From contig OX597817.1 of NCBI GenBank assembly GCA_951406725.2, positions 75,950,001 to 76,014,000 of the forward strand: a DNA stretch of 64,000 nucleotides, given 5' to 3'. Under the pieces are notes generated by a model. The model saw only the letters and a list, made by a program, of their open reading frames with translations, made no database searches and was not told where the DNA came from. Shown here piece by piece: positions 14,106-28,774 of the stretch; within the stretch, counting starts at the first letter, position 1; each line of letters starts with the position of its first letter. Both the position numbers and the translations under genes were made by a program. The DNA is from Octopus vulgaris. Lineage: Eukaryota.

Positions 14106-14795
14106 CTTTCCTGTGTCTAATATATTAATAATTATTTCAAAATACTATAGGCGGTATTGTCGAATCCATAAAGTAATATTTAACATATTCAGTTATCGTT
14201 TCTTGAAACACGATTCTAGCGTTTTTCAGTATAGAACTCGTAAACCCTCAGTTCATTTCAAATGGTCGTCTATAATAAATATCAGACCATTTCAGATTGC
14301 ACATCCTCATATATAAATTCACCCACTTTTTCCAGTAGTGTACTCAAAAGCCTATTCTTATAACGCATATGTGGAGTGGTTGCTGGGCAATACTCCGTTT
14401 CTTATCACATATACTGGCGCGTATTTTGATCATCATGTATAGATATACAATCTACTTTGCTGTAAAGGATTCTATATCTTACTATAATAAATTCTGTATA
14501 TAGCCCGTAAATCTACATGCAGAAGCAACCAAATGTTCAGATTGCACCATACTGCTTGAGGCAGCAATGGATATATTGTAGGCAAAAAGAAAAACAATCA
14601 AACAAGAAAAAAAGACGAGAAGGTCATGGTTGGGACGTGTTTGCTCAATAGAGGCGGAATGAGCTCAACATTCTCCAGCAGCTGCGACAAAGATAAAAAA
14701 TCCTAACTAATTTAAATATACTGTTATACATACAATGTGGAAACTCGGAGATAAAAACTAACAAGTAAAACAAACAAGCACACCGTCAATCACAT

Positions 14796-14886
<91 letters not shown>

Positions 14887-16129
14887 TACATACATACGAA
14901 TAAAAGCATAGATTCGTTTCTTTTTTATAATCTCCTCATGTATTTTTCCATGTTATTAATATATATGTAACTAATGTCAGAGGAATCTATTATTGTCTGT
15001 ATACGTTGAATATCTATCTTAACTCCATAGCTCACAGCTGTGTAGTTGCTGAAAATAATATAATATATACTGAATGAACACAAATGTTGTCTACTGGGAA
15101 TCTTCTGTCATATTTATTGATTATCATCTAATGTTACATCTAGGAGATATTTCTGCGTATTGAAATAGCTAACTTCTCTCTATAAAAACCTAATACTCAT
15201 TTATAATATTGGTACCATGCTAGGCATCGTCACTGGATGTTTATAAATTGATTACAGAGTGTCTGTATATTTCTGGTACATATTTAATTGACTTAAGTGA
15301 AGTTAAAAAACACAATTTCGGCCAGATTGAAACCGAATGTGTAAAAAGACATAACTCAGTATCATAATTAATTTCTTTCATCCACCCAATCCATTTACCT
15401 AACACTATGTTTTTGTTTCTTTTATGCTAACATGAAGCTCATATACCAGAAGAAGATACTGTTTTTAAATGGGGTATTTTTTGTATTGTTAACAGGTATG
15501 TTAAAAAAAGCCAGTCAATTTGTACTTACAACTCTGTATCTGAAAATATCCCGATGATACAGAATGGACGCTGCGCTGTCTGACACAAATCTGTTTGAAC
15601 AGTTCCTCTGACACCAAATATTAGACATAGATACAGGGAAATAACTAAATAACATCCAGGCATTTTATTCTATCCTCCACCGATTCCAAAGATCCACTGC
15701 ATTAACACAGCTAATATTAATACTAGCTAATGGAAGAGCCTCATTTGTGCTGCACGATTTGCTTTATATAGAGGTGAAATCATTCCATGCCCAACCACTT
15801 GAAAAGGGAATGAAATCAGCGATGAATATGGAACTAGAATCCCTAAAGGGTGGGATAGCCACATCTTAAACATCTTTGATCATATTTCTGCTCAAACTGT
15901 CGACATGGCGTTGACTATCAACAATATAACACGCACACGCGCACCCACTCACCCACGCACACATACACATGTCTATAATAACACTGCAGTCAGGTTACTA
16001 TATTTACTATCATTCTATGGTAATAAAGTAAATATGATATACACACTTGAAACAGAATGAAATTAAGATAACGATACGTAGAATATTTATAATGTATATA
16101 CAAATGTTGAATGACACAAATTGTAATAT

Positions 16130-16500
16130 TTTATCTCAGAGAAAGTTCCGAAAGTTTCTCAAAAACGTCTTGTGTATTAAAACCCAAGGGCTCGCTCACA
16201 ACGTCACCAGTGGCTCGATAGACACAATGTTTCGTCCTCATATAGTCTCCTCGGTAACGAACGCCGAAGATGTTTTGAGCAGTAACTACAAGTCTGGTCA
16301 GCCTCCGCTCATATCAGTTTTGTTTACTGAATTATATACCGGAAAAAGTATTTTTCTACTTTGTTCAAAAGTTCCGGAATGTTTGTCCTTAAGTAGACAA
16401 AATGTGGTTGAAACCCCTGAAACTCCATTGTCTGACAATCTATCAACAACGTTCGGAGTCACAAGCTTCTTTGAGAAGTTTCTCCTAGATAAAACATTAC
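16130..16500 (-). mobile_element. Possible mariner transposase fossil
   Basis: Minus strand ERRLTRLVVTAQNIFGVR..RTKHCVYR resembles R.GRP..VVT.ENI.AVR...DRH.TYR; weak. Confidence 0.35.
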
Positions 16501-17887
16501 ATCTAACATCGTTGTATATTTGTATACATACACAATAAATGTTATACCCACCGGTATTTAAAAGTATTAGTAATATATAATGTACAATTCAATCAAATCG
16601 GTATTTCATTCTTTGGTGTTTTTTTTTTTAAATCAGCATAAATATTTAGAGCGATATTTCATTGCTGCCGTTGATTAATCCCAAATCAACTTTGGCTAAT
16701 TAGACGTATTAACGAAAATGTTTCATCGTTATCAGTTTCGTTTCTTTCTAGGAAGAAAACACGGGAGACCACATTACTGAACTTTTATAGTTTTTTAAAA
16801 CAACGTTTGAATTGCTATCGTGTGGAACGACTGTATAAAAAAAACTCTCTGGTTTGCTAGAACTCTGTAGATGCATCATCTAGTATGTTGGCCACAATAT
16901 TCCCACCAGAAAGACTCAGGTGTAAATCCTCATTAGTCTTGATCAGTTTACAGCACTGAGACTGGGGATTTATGTATAAGAGAGCAAAACTTTCTATCTT
17001 GAATTCATAGAATACTTTTATAAATAATCAGAAAATCTTCATTTATTCCTATACATTTATGCTATTAAATTCGGCCAGTAGTATACAAGAGGATGCCATG
17101 CCCTTTGTTAAGGACTCCAAATGCATGTAGGAGCAATCAATTATATAACATATCCATTTCGTTCATATAAGGCTTTCCATTACGAAATTACAGAGGATAG
17201 AACAAATAAATAGAAACTGATATGGATTATTATATTATGCTTCATTTTATCTATAATTCTTTACTTCAAAGTCATTTCATAAACGTTAAGATTCTCCCAA
17301 AGCTATTTAACTTTGTAATTTGATTTTCTAAAGGAAAATGATATTATTATTATTTTTGTATTAAGTTTTTCTTATCCCCCCTCCCTTCGAATAAAAGGAA
17401 ATGTATTTACGTCATCTTCGAAATGCATTTAACAAAGGAAAACTGAAAATACATTTTCTAATGATCATTTGTTTTTCTGTTTTCAATTATTGTATTTTAT
17501 TTGGTTCGGCAAAATAAAGATTCTTCTCGAATACAGTTTAGGTAGGTAGATATTAGATATGCGTGTATGTTTGGATGCTACCATATTTTACTTTTTAATT
17601 GTAATTATCGGAATTTTTCACGCAAGGGGGGAAAAAAGAACAAACTCTTAACAAACATATCAAACTCCATCGCTGGATTATAGACAGAACAACACTGAAT
17701 AACTACATGTTGAACTTCAAGAAAACATTACATGTTTCCCCTACTGCACTTAAATATAGCGTGTGTAAAGTACGTGTAAATAACTAAGCTAATAACGTCC
17801 TATGAATTGTAACTTGTATTTTGAAATAACCTCTTAAACAGTTGCTAACTCATCAAAATACAACGGACGGTAATTATAAGTATAAAT

Positions 17888-18332
17888 CATTTTTTCTCTA
17901 GTTTCAGCTCAGAGCTGCGGCCATGCTGATGCACCGCCATTTTGCTACACTGATATTACTAAGAGTCTCCTCTAATATGTAGCCATTGGTGAAGCATGGA
18001 GTTTGATATAGCTACCCTCATTTGCACCTGTTTGCCGTGAAGTAGGCTCATCTGGGACTCTCGACAGGAAGAGGTCCAGCTTTGATTTAAAAACCTCTAC
18101 ATCTACTTTCTGCAAGTTCCTCAGACTAATTGGGAGTATATTAAAAAGCTGTGGGCCTTTGAAACCCAGGTTGTTGCAGTAACTGGTCCTGAAGCGTGAT
18201 GGCATTGCAGGGACCTTTGGCACTATGCAGTGTCGTCCCGTTCTGGCATTGGTGTAGCTTTCAATGCCAAAATTTGGCACAATTCCTTCCAGGATCTTCC
18301 AGATATATATTACTGTATACCTCTCCCGTCTT
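17888..18332 (-). mobile_element. CR1/Jockey-group LINE 3' fragment
   Basis: ORF 17972-18388: RRRERYTVIYIWKILEGIVPN..RTGRHC..GPQLFNILP..FKSKLDLFLSRVPDEP; 3' end ggcggtgcatcagcatggccgcagctctgagctgaaac. Confidence 0.85.
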
Positions 18333-18573
18333 CTAAATGGAGAAGCTGCAAATACGAAAGAACTGTCTATAAGTATGCTACTAGTCACTGATATTGAAAG
18401 AAACGTTCTGATCTATGGAGCAGTTAAGCTCTAAAGCTGCATAGCTGCATAGATGCATATATTCTTACAGGTTTTATTCTATTTTTCATTATTTGAATTG
18501 TTCCTGTAAGGAAGAAGCTGGATTCCAACAAAGATGCAAAACTCCGCCGTTACAATGTAGATAACAAAAGCAA

Positions 18574-19125
<552 letters not shown>

Positions 19126-19144
19126 CATATATCTATAAATATAT

Positions 19145-19430
19145 GCATGGTCTAGTCTAGTGGTTAGAGAGCTGCACTCACGATCATGAGATTTCAATTC
19201 CTAGAACAGGTGTTCCGTTGCGTCCTTGAGCAAACGCCTCATCTCACGTTGCTCTGTAAACACCCCGACGCCTGGCGCGTGATACATCATGCACCTCTTT
19301 AGGCAAGGTCGATTTAATGGAGGGGTAAGCTAATATACAGCTCATAGACTTGATCATTATTAAAAAATCAGTTCTATAGGTCGCTCGGCTTAAGCTGAAC
19401 ACTTACACATCGTCTTCAACGGGGAGGTTC
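19145..19430 (+). mobile_element. Diverged tRNA-derived SINE (similar remnants at 7802-8060, 9172-9258, 48550-48720)
   Basis: tagtggttagagagctgcactcacgatcatgag..ccttgagcaa head and core. Confidence 0.6.
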
Positions 19431-19584
19431 ATCATATACATGAATATGTACATACATGCATACATTATATATATATATATATATAAACACTGGGATTATT
19501 GTCATGTATTTCTCATACGCACCCGCACAATATATATATATATGTATATATACATACATACATACATATATATGTATATATATG

Positions 19585-19617
<33 letters not shown>

Positions 19618-19642
19618 GTATGTATCTATGTATGTATGTATG

Positions 19643-19697
<55 letters not shown>

Positions 19698-20067
19698 ATA
19701 TATATTTATATATATACATGTGCATACTGTATATATATATATATATGTATGTGTGTATGCATATGTATATGTACATACATACGTATGTAAGTGTGCATAT
19801 ATATCTTTAAAAGCACTAATGGTTTCTGATTAATGCAGCTCATAATGTTCTCGATGACAGGAAAAATATCACATCCCTGAATATTATTCTAAATATATGG
19901 CTCTAAAAGACAGTCTTAGTTAATTATATATGTACAAGGAAGCTTGTTTCCTATCAGGATTTACTGCAATGATTTGTAGTGAAAGAACATAAGATTAAAC
20001 AACTTCTTAATTACCGATATATATTTTTGTTGAGTACACATTAATACTCTCTTTCCCCTCTCTTCTA

Positions 20068-20185
<118 letters not shown>

Positions 20186-20475
20186 CACATATATATACAA
20201 ATATATATATACAAATATATATATATTGTTTAAGAAACACAGCATATAATTTTATGTGTAACTAACAGATTCGTGCGACGAAAACGATCCAGACAGCATT
20301 TTATAACACGCTTCGTGCCTTCACGCAGTCCTGATGCCCACATGGCATAAGAAGCTAAGACAGAACGATAAAATAAGACAAAATACGAGAAAGGCAAGAA
20401 AAATAGATGTAAAAGGTGGAAGGTTGAAATATATAAATATATACAAATACGCGCGCGCGCGCGTGTGTGTGTGTG

Positions 20476-20752
20476 AAGACGCAATGGCCCAGTGGTTAAG
20501 GCAGCGGACTCGCGATTGGAGCATCGCGGTTTCGATTCATAGACCGGGCGTTGTGTGATTATTGAGCGGAAACACCTAAAGCTTCACGAGGCTACGACAG
20601 GGGGTGGTGGCGACCCCTGTTGTACTCTTTCGCCCCAACTTTCTCTCACTCTCTCTTCCTGTTTCTTGAGTAACGCTGCGATGGACTGGCGTCCCGTCCA
20701 GCTGGCGGGAACACAAACACCACAGAAACCGGGAAGGCTTGAAAAGGAGGCA
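20476..20752 (+). mobile_element. tRNA-derived SINE, same family as 4333
   Basis: gcaatggcccagtggttaaggcagcggactcgcga..attgagcggaaacacctaaagct..gatggactggcgtcccgtccag. Confidence 0.8.
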
Positions 20753-20765
20753 TAGGTAAAATAAT

Positions 20766-20815
<50 letters not shown>

Positions 20816-21331
20816 CTTAGAGTTAAAGTTTAAAATTGAATTTAAAATGGAAAGTTTACGTGTTGGGTATGTCCTTAATAGTATACCGATAAAGCGGGTT
20901 CACTTCCTACGACTCCCTGGCGTCATTCCGCGGTAATTGCAGAATCGTTTCTGGATCTACATTAGGAATTCCTCAGTTTGCGTTGAGTATAATAAAAACG
21001 ATAGATACAGAAGATAGAATGTACTGGTTACTGTACTTTATCACAACGATCCTTTCGACACATCCTACATCTCGCCCTTGCGGGTGGGAAAATAAAATAT
21101 GAATGTCAATGCATCTGACGGTACAAAAGCAACTCATCAGATGATGTAATACAGTTTCTAGTTACATAAGTAATGTTTCTTTCTTAAGATCAACTAGAGC
21201 ATGTTGATAGCAGTAGTAGCTAAAATACATTAACAAATGACAAAACCAGATTAAGCTCTGAATACAAACAGGAAGTAATAAGAAAAATAATACAATACAA
21301 AAAATACAGAAAATAAAGCATACATATATAC

Positions 21332-21407
<76 letters not shown>

Positions 21408-21410
21408 TAT

Positions 21411-21504
<94 letters not shown>

Positions 21505-21904
21505 CATATACATATACATATATTTATACAACAGCGCCCTGACAACTGCAACACACACATACACACGCGCACACATACACACATACGCTTACACGCAAAT
21601 ACAAACCATTCTTCACTTCTAAATCATACATATAAACGCACTGAAAAAAAATTTTGTCAATCGTCAACTACATTGTGAGCCGTGACCATAAGCCACCCAC
21701 ACTGTTTTTACATTTGAAAACGAATACGAATACTGGATGAAAATGACATTCAAAGAATATATCATTAACATTTATCTTTTTGGGATAAAAGGAAGATTTT
21801 ATACGGAAGACTTGCTACTCTGTTTATAACTGTCAAACTCCAGCTAGATGCAAGACCCTTAGAAGTCAGATCCGGGTATTTTAAACGGTCTGTTACATAT
21901 TTTA

Positions 21905-22300
21905 TCTTCTTGTCAAAGACTCTATAACTTGAACGAGATATATTCAAGTAAACTCATTTTCATCTTAAGATTATAAAGAAAAATTCTTACCTGATCTGAA
22001 TGTTTTTATGTAAACTATTTCTTGACTCAACACAGTGGATACACATATTTCATCTCCTTGTCAAAGACTCTTTTACATGATAAGCACATATTCATGTAAA
22101 CTAGGTTTTCTTCTTATCATGATAAAAGAAATTTTATTACGTGATCAAAAAGCTTTTATGAAAACTATTTCTTGTCTCATCACAGAGGATGCACAAAGTC
22201 TCAAACCTTTTCTTATCATTGTCAAATACTCTTTCACTTGATTTCAATACATTTTGCAAACTAATTTTTGACACCACAGAGAATACACAAAACTTCACAC
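21905..22300. repeat. Degenerate ~150-bp tandem repeat, ~2.5 units
   Basis: ttgtcaaa(g/t)actct recurs at ~21910, 22058 and 22219, each followed by gtaaact../aaactatttcttg.ctca.cacag.ggat.cac. Confidence 0.65.
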
Positions 22301-22600
22301 GTTTTTTGAAAATCATTTTAAATAAGTGAAACCGGCTAAATTAATAAATACTTTTAAAAGACTCCTGTATTTTCAGATTCTTTTCCTCGTATATAAATAC
22401 CCCCCCCCCCCCACTTTTATTAATGTTTGTTTTTATGTCATGTCATAATAAAAGTTGTACATTAAACTGATGGCATGCTCAATAATTTTTGTAGAGTACA
22501 CATTTCTTATTATTTAACAAGAGTAGCGTTGACAGTAACTTCGAGATTTCAGGTTCGAAGTCACTGGCAACACTGTTCTTGTAAAAGGAAAATAAATATA

Positions 22601-22995
22601 TGTGTGACTGTGTGGTAAGAAGTTTGCTTCCAAGACATGGCTCCGGGTTCAGTCCCATTGCGTGGCACGTTGGGTAAGTGTCTTCTGATAAGCCTCAGGC
22701 TGACCAAAGCCTTCTGAATGCATTTAATAGACAGAAACTGAAAGAAACCCATCGTATATAAATGTACATATCTATGTGTGCGTGCGTTTGTGTCTGTGTC
22801 TGACCACCAACCACCGTTTGACAACCGATAATGGTGTGTTTATGTCCCCGTAACTTAGCGGTTCATCGAAGCCCGATAGAATAAAAACCACTACCAAAAA
22901 TATAAGACCTGAGGTCGATTTCAGCGGCTAATACCTTTCAGTGTCTCAAGGCAGTGTCTCAACATGGCCGCAGTGAAACGGGTGCAACAAGTAAA
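22601..22995 (+). mobile_element. SINE, same family, diverged
   Basis: gactgtgtggtaagaagtttgcttcc..gggttcagtccc..tgacaaccgat..cgtaacttagcggttc. Confidence 0.8.
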
Positions 22996-23794
22996 CACAC
23001 GCACACACGCACACAAATGTATATATACGTATATGTATATTTTTATATATAATATATATGTTTACAAAACTAAATATAAATGCATATAATATACATACAT
23101 GCATACACGCACAAACACACAAACACACTCGCACACACACGCATACAAAGAGGCACATTATACTTTAAGAATCCTCATATTGGTGAATGCAATTGAAGAC
23201 ACGGAAGCGAGATAATAAATTAGTTTTCAGAAATTCGTTCGTTTTTGTAGTCGAAGCACAATGGAACACAATGAAGTGCGCAGCATCTCCGTATGTGTTT
23301 GCCAAAACATATACAGAGAATTAAAAGAAATAAACAATAAAATATCACGAGGAAATCAACAACAAAATGCATCGCTTCTTATCATTTTTAGTACAATCAA
23401 ATAAAGAAAAGAAAAAGAAAAACGCCATTTTATTCGTCTCTATTTTGATATCAGTTTTCCTGTTCCATAATAATGATGATTATGATGAAGATGACGACAA
23501 CGACGACGACGACGATGATGATGGTGATTCTGATGATGATGATGATGATGAGGATGACGACGATGATGACGATGATGATGATGATGATGATGATGATAAC
23601 GACGACGACAACATTAACAATAATGATTTCAAATTTTGGCTCAAGGTCTGAAATTTGGGGAAAGTCAATTTCATCGATCCCTATAATCGACTGCCACATA
23701 TTCTATCGATCACGAACGGATGAAAAACAAAATCGACCTGGCGGAATTTGAACTCTCGCCACTTTAATACTAATAATGATGACGATGATGAAAA

Positions 23795-24000
23795 TAATAT
23801 GTAAGCTATGATACAGACAAACGACTAAAGGAGGTTGAAATAGAACGCCCGGTAGAGCTCCTACAGAAAGTTTACTTCTTAGAAATAGCAAGGATTATCA
23901 AGAGGGTTCTAAGCTCTTGAAAGACTACCGAAAACGTATGGATACCCACTTCCACATAAATCCTACCCGGAATAAAATGAAACCCGAGCTTTGTTTCTAT
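23795..24000 (+). mobile_element. Short 3' fragment of a further Dong-like LINE subfamily
   Basis: Translates DKRLKEVEIERPVELLQKVYFLEIARIIKRVLSS*, matching the QK..L.TA.ILRR.L C-terminus of the neighbours; followed by (AAT/GAT)n. Confidence 0.6.
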
Positions 24001-24034
24001 AATAATGATGATGATGATTATGATGATGATGATG

Positions 24035-24104
<70 letters not shown>

Positions 24105-24159
24105 CAACAACAACAATAACAACAGCAACAACGATGATAACAACAACAACACCAACAAC

Positions 24160-24192
<33 letters not shown>

Positions 24193-24193
<1 letters not shown>

Positions 24194-24748
24194 TGCCCTG
24201 ATGCAGCACCAGGCAATGGCTCTCATGGCTTCTGATCTGAACTGATTGGAAGTGTCATCATGTATATTGTTTTGTCTTGGTATAAAAGATGGGCTACAGC
24301 AAATATTCTACTCAATACCACAGATTTGCTTGTCAGTTGTTTGACCTTAACCAGTTGAGCATGTCCCTTAGTGGCTGACGATATGTGCATCTCTGATCAC
24401 GAACAGAAGTAGTGGGGGAGTATCATAACCATTTGTTGAGAGGAATTCTTTGGGGTTTGAATAATTCACCTCTGGAAACATGGGTGTTTCATTCAACATT
24501 CTTAACCAACCCTTATTCAGGGACCTGTTGAGCGGGATGGGTTACTCGACAAGAAGAAAATTCTAACTGGGCCCCCACCTGTATGGTCATGTGCTGCTTA
24601 TCTTGATATGAGATCACCCTGTTGCACACCTATGGTTGTGATGCATGTACTTATGTACCCTTATCAGACGGGTAGTCACGATGAGTATTCTGGGCTTCGT
24701 ATATTTTACCCCAGTGTCACTTTGATGGCATGCTCTGCTTTGTCACTC
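24193..24748 (+). mobile_element. ~555-bp non-coding repeat inserted in (AAT)n (non-autonomous element or long 3'UTR remnant)
   Basis: GC-richer block bounded exactly by (AAT)n on both sides, with no RT/EN ORF. It resembles an abundant octopus repeat I recall; strand is inferred from the tail. Confidence 0.6.
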
Positions 24749-24779
24749 AATAATAATTATAATAATAATACTAATAATA

Positions 24780-24869
<90 letters not shown>

Positions 24870-24872
24870 TTA

Positions 24873-27655
24873 ACTGAGCTAATCTCTGGAAATGATGTAA
24901 GATCAAGAAAAGGTAGGAAGATTGTGAGAAAATATGGACATCAAGAAGAGAAGAACTAATGTCAGCGAAAGAAACACTTAAACAAAAAGTTCAAGCAAAA
25001 GCTCAGAGAATACGCAGATTTGAGAAAAGAATCAAATTCTACAAACAAAATAAGATGTTCAAATCCATTGCCAAATCATTTTACAGGGAAATAGGGAAAG
25101 AAAAAATGGAAGAAGTTGAAAACTTTTGGAAGGGGATCTGGAGTGATGAGAAACCATACAATGAAAATGCAGAGTGGATCAAACGCACCCAAGATGATTA
25201 CAAAATTCTACAAGAACAGGTATGGGAAGACATCTCAATCGCCGACCTAAGGAGAGCACTAACGAAGGCTCATAAGTGGAAATCTCCTGGTATTGATAGA
25301 GTACCAAATTTCTGGCTCTCATCACTCTCGTCCGCACACAAAATGTTAGTAATACTATTTAATAGTATTATGAAAGACCCGAAAAAACACCACATTGGAT
25401 GGCAAATGGTATTACTTACCTCCTCCCCCAAAAATAACAAAACGAAAACCCAAAATACTATCGGCCTACAACATGTTTATCTACTACCTATAAGATCTTG
25501 ACATCTATTCTAGTAGAGAAAACATATACGTTTATCGAAGAGAATAACCTCTCTCCCACTGAACAAAAAGGATGCAGACGAGGCTCATACGGATGCAAAG
25601 ATCAGCTCCTAATTAATCGCATGATCCTTGAGAACTGCCATAACAAGCGCAGAAATCTCAGCTCTTCATGGATTGATTATAAAAAAGCCTTTGACAGCAT
25701 ACCAAATTCGTGGATTCTGAAATCGCTGGACATTTTCAAAATTTCTCCTGTGATTTCAGATTTTTAAAATTATAATATGTCACTATGGAACACGAAGCTC
25801 CAATTATATCATTCTAATGGAGTATTGCACTCAAACAACATTAGCATAAACTGTGGAGTTTTCCAAGGTGACTAACTTTCACCACTAATATTCTGCATAG
25901 CACTAATACCACTCTCAAGTGAACTGAATAGAACAGGATATGGCTACAAAATTGACAACAAGAAAATAAGCCATCTATTTTATATGGATGAGTTAAAGCT
26001 ATATGGCAAAGATGATGAAGAGCTTGAAGGATTATTACATACTGTGAAAGGATTCAGTGATGATATCGGGATGGAGTTTGGCCTTAAAAGTGTGCCAAAG
26101 CCACTTTTAAGAAAGGGAAATTGGTAAAGTCTAGTTCAATCGAATTAGATGTCGAAATAGTAATAAAGGAACTTGAGCAGGAACAAACCTATAAATACCT
26201 AGGAATAAATGAAGGCTCTGGTATCCAGCATGCAAGCATGAAAGAGAAGGTTAGGAAAGAATGTTATAGAAGAGTTCGAGCAGTCCTGAAGTCTGAGCTG
26301 AATGCATATAATAAGATTTTAGCCATAAATTCCTTAGCAGTACCAGTTGTTCTTTATAGCTTCAATGTGCTTAACTGGAATACTAGTGAAATAATGAAAA
26401 TTGACAGGAAAATCCGCAAGCTACTGACTTGTAATAAGATGCACCATCCAAAGGCAGACGTGGATCGCATTTACCTTCCCAGAGCTCAGAGAGGTCGAGG
26501 TTTGATCCAGCTTGAACTTACATACAAAACCACCACAATCGGACTGGCCAAATACCTTGAAGCAACCAACGATTGGATGCTAAAACTTGTTGAAAAACAT
26601 GAAAGACCTAAAAAACTTTACTCTATTCTCAAAGAGAGTTAAAAATTCGCTGCTGATCTCTTAGATACCCGCCAGATTGACCAGGCTGAAGGAAATGCGC
26701 CAACTGCAGCTGCAAAGAAGATAAAATTAATTGCAAAGACAAAAGCACATGAAAATTTAACTAGCAGATGGGAACAGAAACCTTTCCATGGCAAGTATGT
26801 GGCCCGTAGCAAACAAGCTGATGTCGACTTGAAACACACGCACCAATGGTTACGAAGTTCAGGGCTAAAAGCAGAGAGTGAAGGTTTCATATTAGCTGCT
26901 CAAGACCAAAGCTTATTTACTCGGAACTACCAAGCCAATGTGATGAAAAATAGAGCTGACCCAAAATGCCGATTCTGTAACGATGAGATTGAAACAATAG
27001 ACCACCTAATCTCAGGGTGTAGAGTCTTAGCGCCCGCAGAATATAAAGCAAGACATGACAGAGTCGGCCAGTATTTACATTGGACAATATGTTGGCATTA
27101 TAAAATCAAAACCGCTGACAAATGGTATAAACATCATCCTGAAGCTGTGACTGAGGAAGAAAATGTGTCGATTCTATGGGACTTCCCCGTGCAGACCGAC
27201 AGGACTATAAAAGCCAATAAACCGGATATCATTATAAAAGATCAGACAAAAAGGATGTGTTTATTAATTGACATGAGTATTCCCTGTGATCACAATATAG
27301 CGGCGAAAGAATTTGACAAGATTAGTAAATATAAAGACCTGCTAATGGACATTGAAAAAATGTGGCATCTCAAGGCGACTACAGTACCAGTGATTGTAGG
27401 ATCTCTAGGAATGATAAAAATACGCACTGAAACCTATTTGAAAATGATTCCAGGCTTACCATCCCTACAGGAAGTGCAAAAAATCGTATTAACTGCAACG
27501 GCTCATGTACTGAGAAGAGCACTATCGCTGTGAAAATAACATCCATCCATGAATTTATTTATTTATTTATTAATTTTTAAATGCATATTTTATCTGTGAA
27601 TTTACGCATGTAATCTGGGAATGCATACAATGCCCTTCTCTGCCCTAGATGTCTC
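24873..27655 (+). mobile_element. R4/Dong-clade non-LTR retrotransposon (REL endonuclease), subfamily A; 5'-truncated, decayed
   Basis: ORF pieces 24959-25501, 25498-25767, 26121-26642 and 26799-27533 give RT motifs (KSPGIDRVPNFW, EQKGCRRGSYGCKDQL, WIDYKKAFDS, YMDE for YMDD), a CCHC knuckle CRFCNDEIETIDHLISGC, RHD, and REL motifs KPDIIIKD..LIDMSIP..K..KY. Preceded by (AAT)n; the 3'UTR is cut by a SINE at ~27656. Confidence 0.93.
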
Positions 27656-27754
27656 CTAAGGATAAAAGGCAAAGTTGACTTCGGCGAAATTTGAACTCAG
27701 AACGCTAAGCGTTTTCTTCCGGTGTGCTAACGATTCTGCACGCTCGTCACTTTA

Positions 27755-27856
<102 letters not shown>

Positions 27857-27866
27857 ATAATAATGA

Positions 27867-28220
27867 TGATAAAATGCTTTCTAATCCCAACAGATGAAAA
27901 TGTACCTAAACGATACAGAAACACAAAGATCTGGAATTAGAGATAGCTCGTATATAGAGCCTGAAGCAGAAATAATTCCTATAATAATAAGTGCATTAGG
28001 TTTGGTTAAATTCATACAAACAAATGCATAACCAAAACATCTGGGCTTACGAATATAACATACAGAAAATAGAACTTCTAATCACTGCACATCTCTTACG
28101 TAAAGGACTTTCAGCACAGTAAAAGTAACAACACCAAAACGAACCACAACATATACCCAAGGCACAGAGAGCTGTGCTCGGTAGTGCAGTGAAAGTACAT
28201 GATAAAAATAACACCACTGA
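27867..28220 (+). mobile_element. Older, diverged 3' fragment of Dong subfamily B
   Basis: Aligns by eye with 31140-31527 (aaaatgctttctaat..., cccaaggcacagagagctgtgctcggtagtg..., actgaataataat). Confidence 0.85.
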
Positions 28221-28231
28221 ATAATAATAAT

Positions 28232-28299
<68 letters not shown>

Positions 28300-28332
28300 T
28301 AATAATAATAATAATAATAATAATGATAATAA

Positions 28333-28690
28333 AAATTGAAAAATGTGGCATCTCAAGGCAACTACAGTACCAGTGATTGTAGGATCCCTAGGAATGATAA
28401 AAAAAGGTACTAAAACCTATTTGAAAATGATTCCAGGCTTACGATCCCTACAGGAAGTGCAAAAAATCGTATTAATTGGAACGGCTCATGTACTGAGAAG
28501 AGCATTATCGCTGTGAAAACAACATCCATCCATGAATTTATTTATTTATTAATTTTTAAATACATATTTTATCTGTGAATTTGCGCGTGTAATCTGGGAA
28601 TGCATACAATGCCCTTCTCTGCCCTAGGTGTATGGAAAACACTCGGCTAGAAACGGAAGAAAATTTTAAGAAAGAAGGAAAAAACATCAT
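28333..28690 (+). mobile_element. 3' fragment of Dong subfamily A with complete 3'UTR
   Basis: Near-identical to 27350-27650 (tgtggcatctcaaggc..gagcattatcgctgtgaaa..gcccttctctgccctag); flanked by (AAT)n/(ATC)n. Confidence 0.9.
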
Positions 28691-28774
28691 CATCATTTTC
28701 ATAATAATAATCATAATAATAATAATCATAATAATAATCATAATAATAATCATAATAATAATAATAATAATAAC

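Noticed and set aside
16047-16538. 163-aa plus-strand ORF
   Set aside because: No recognisable domain; probably the antisense of a mariner fossil.
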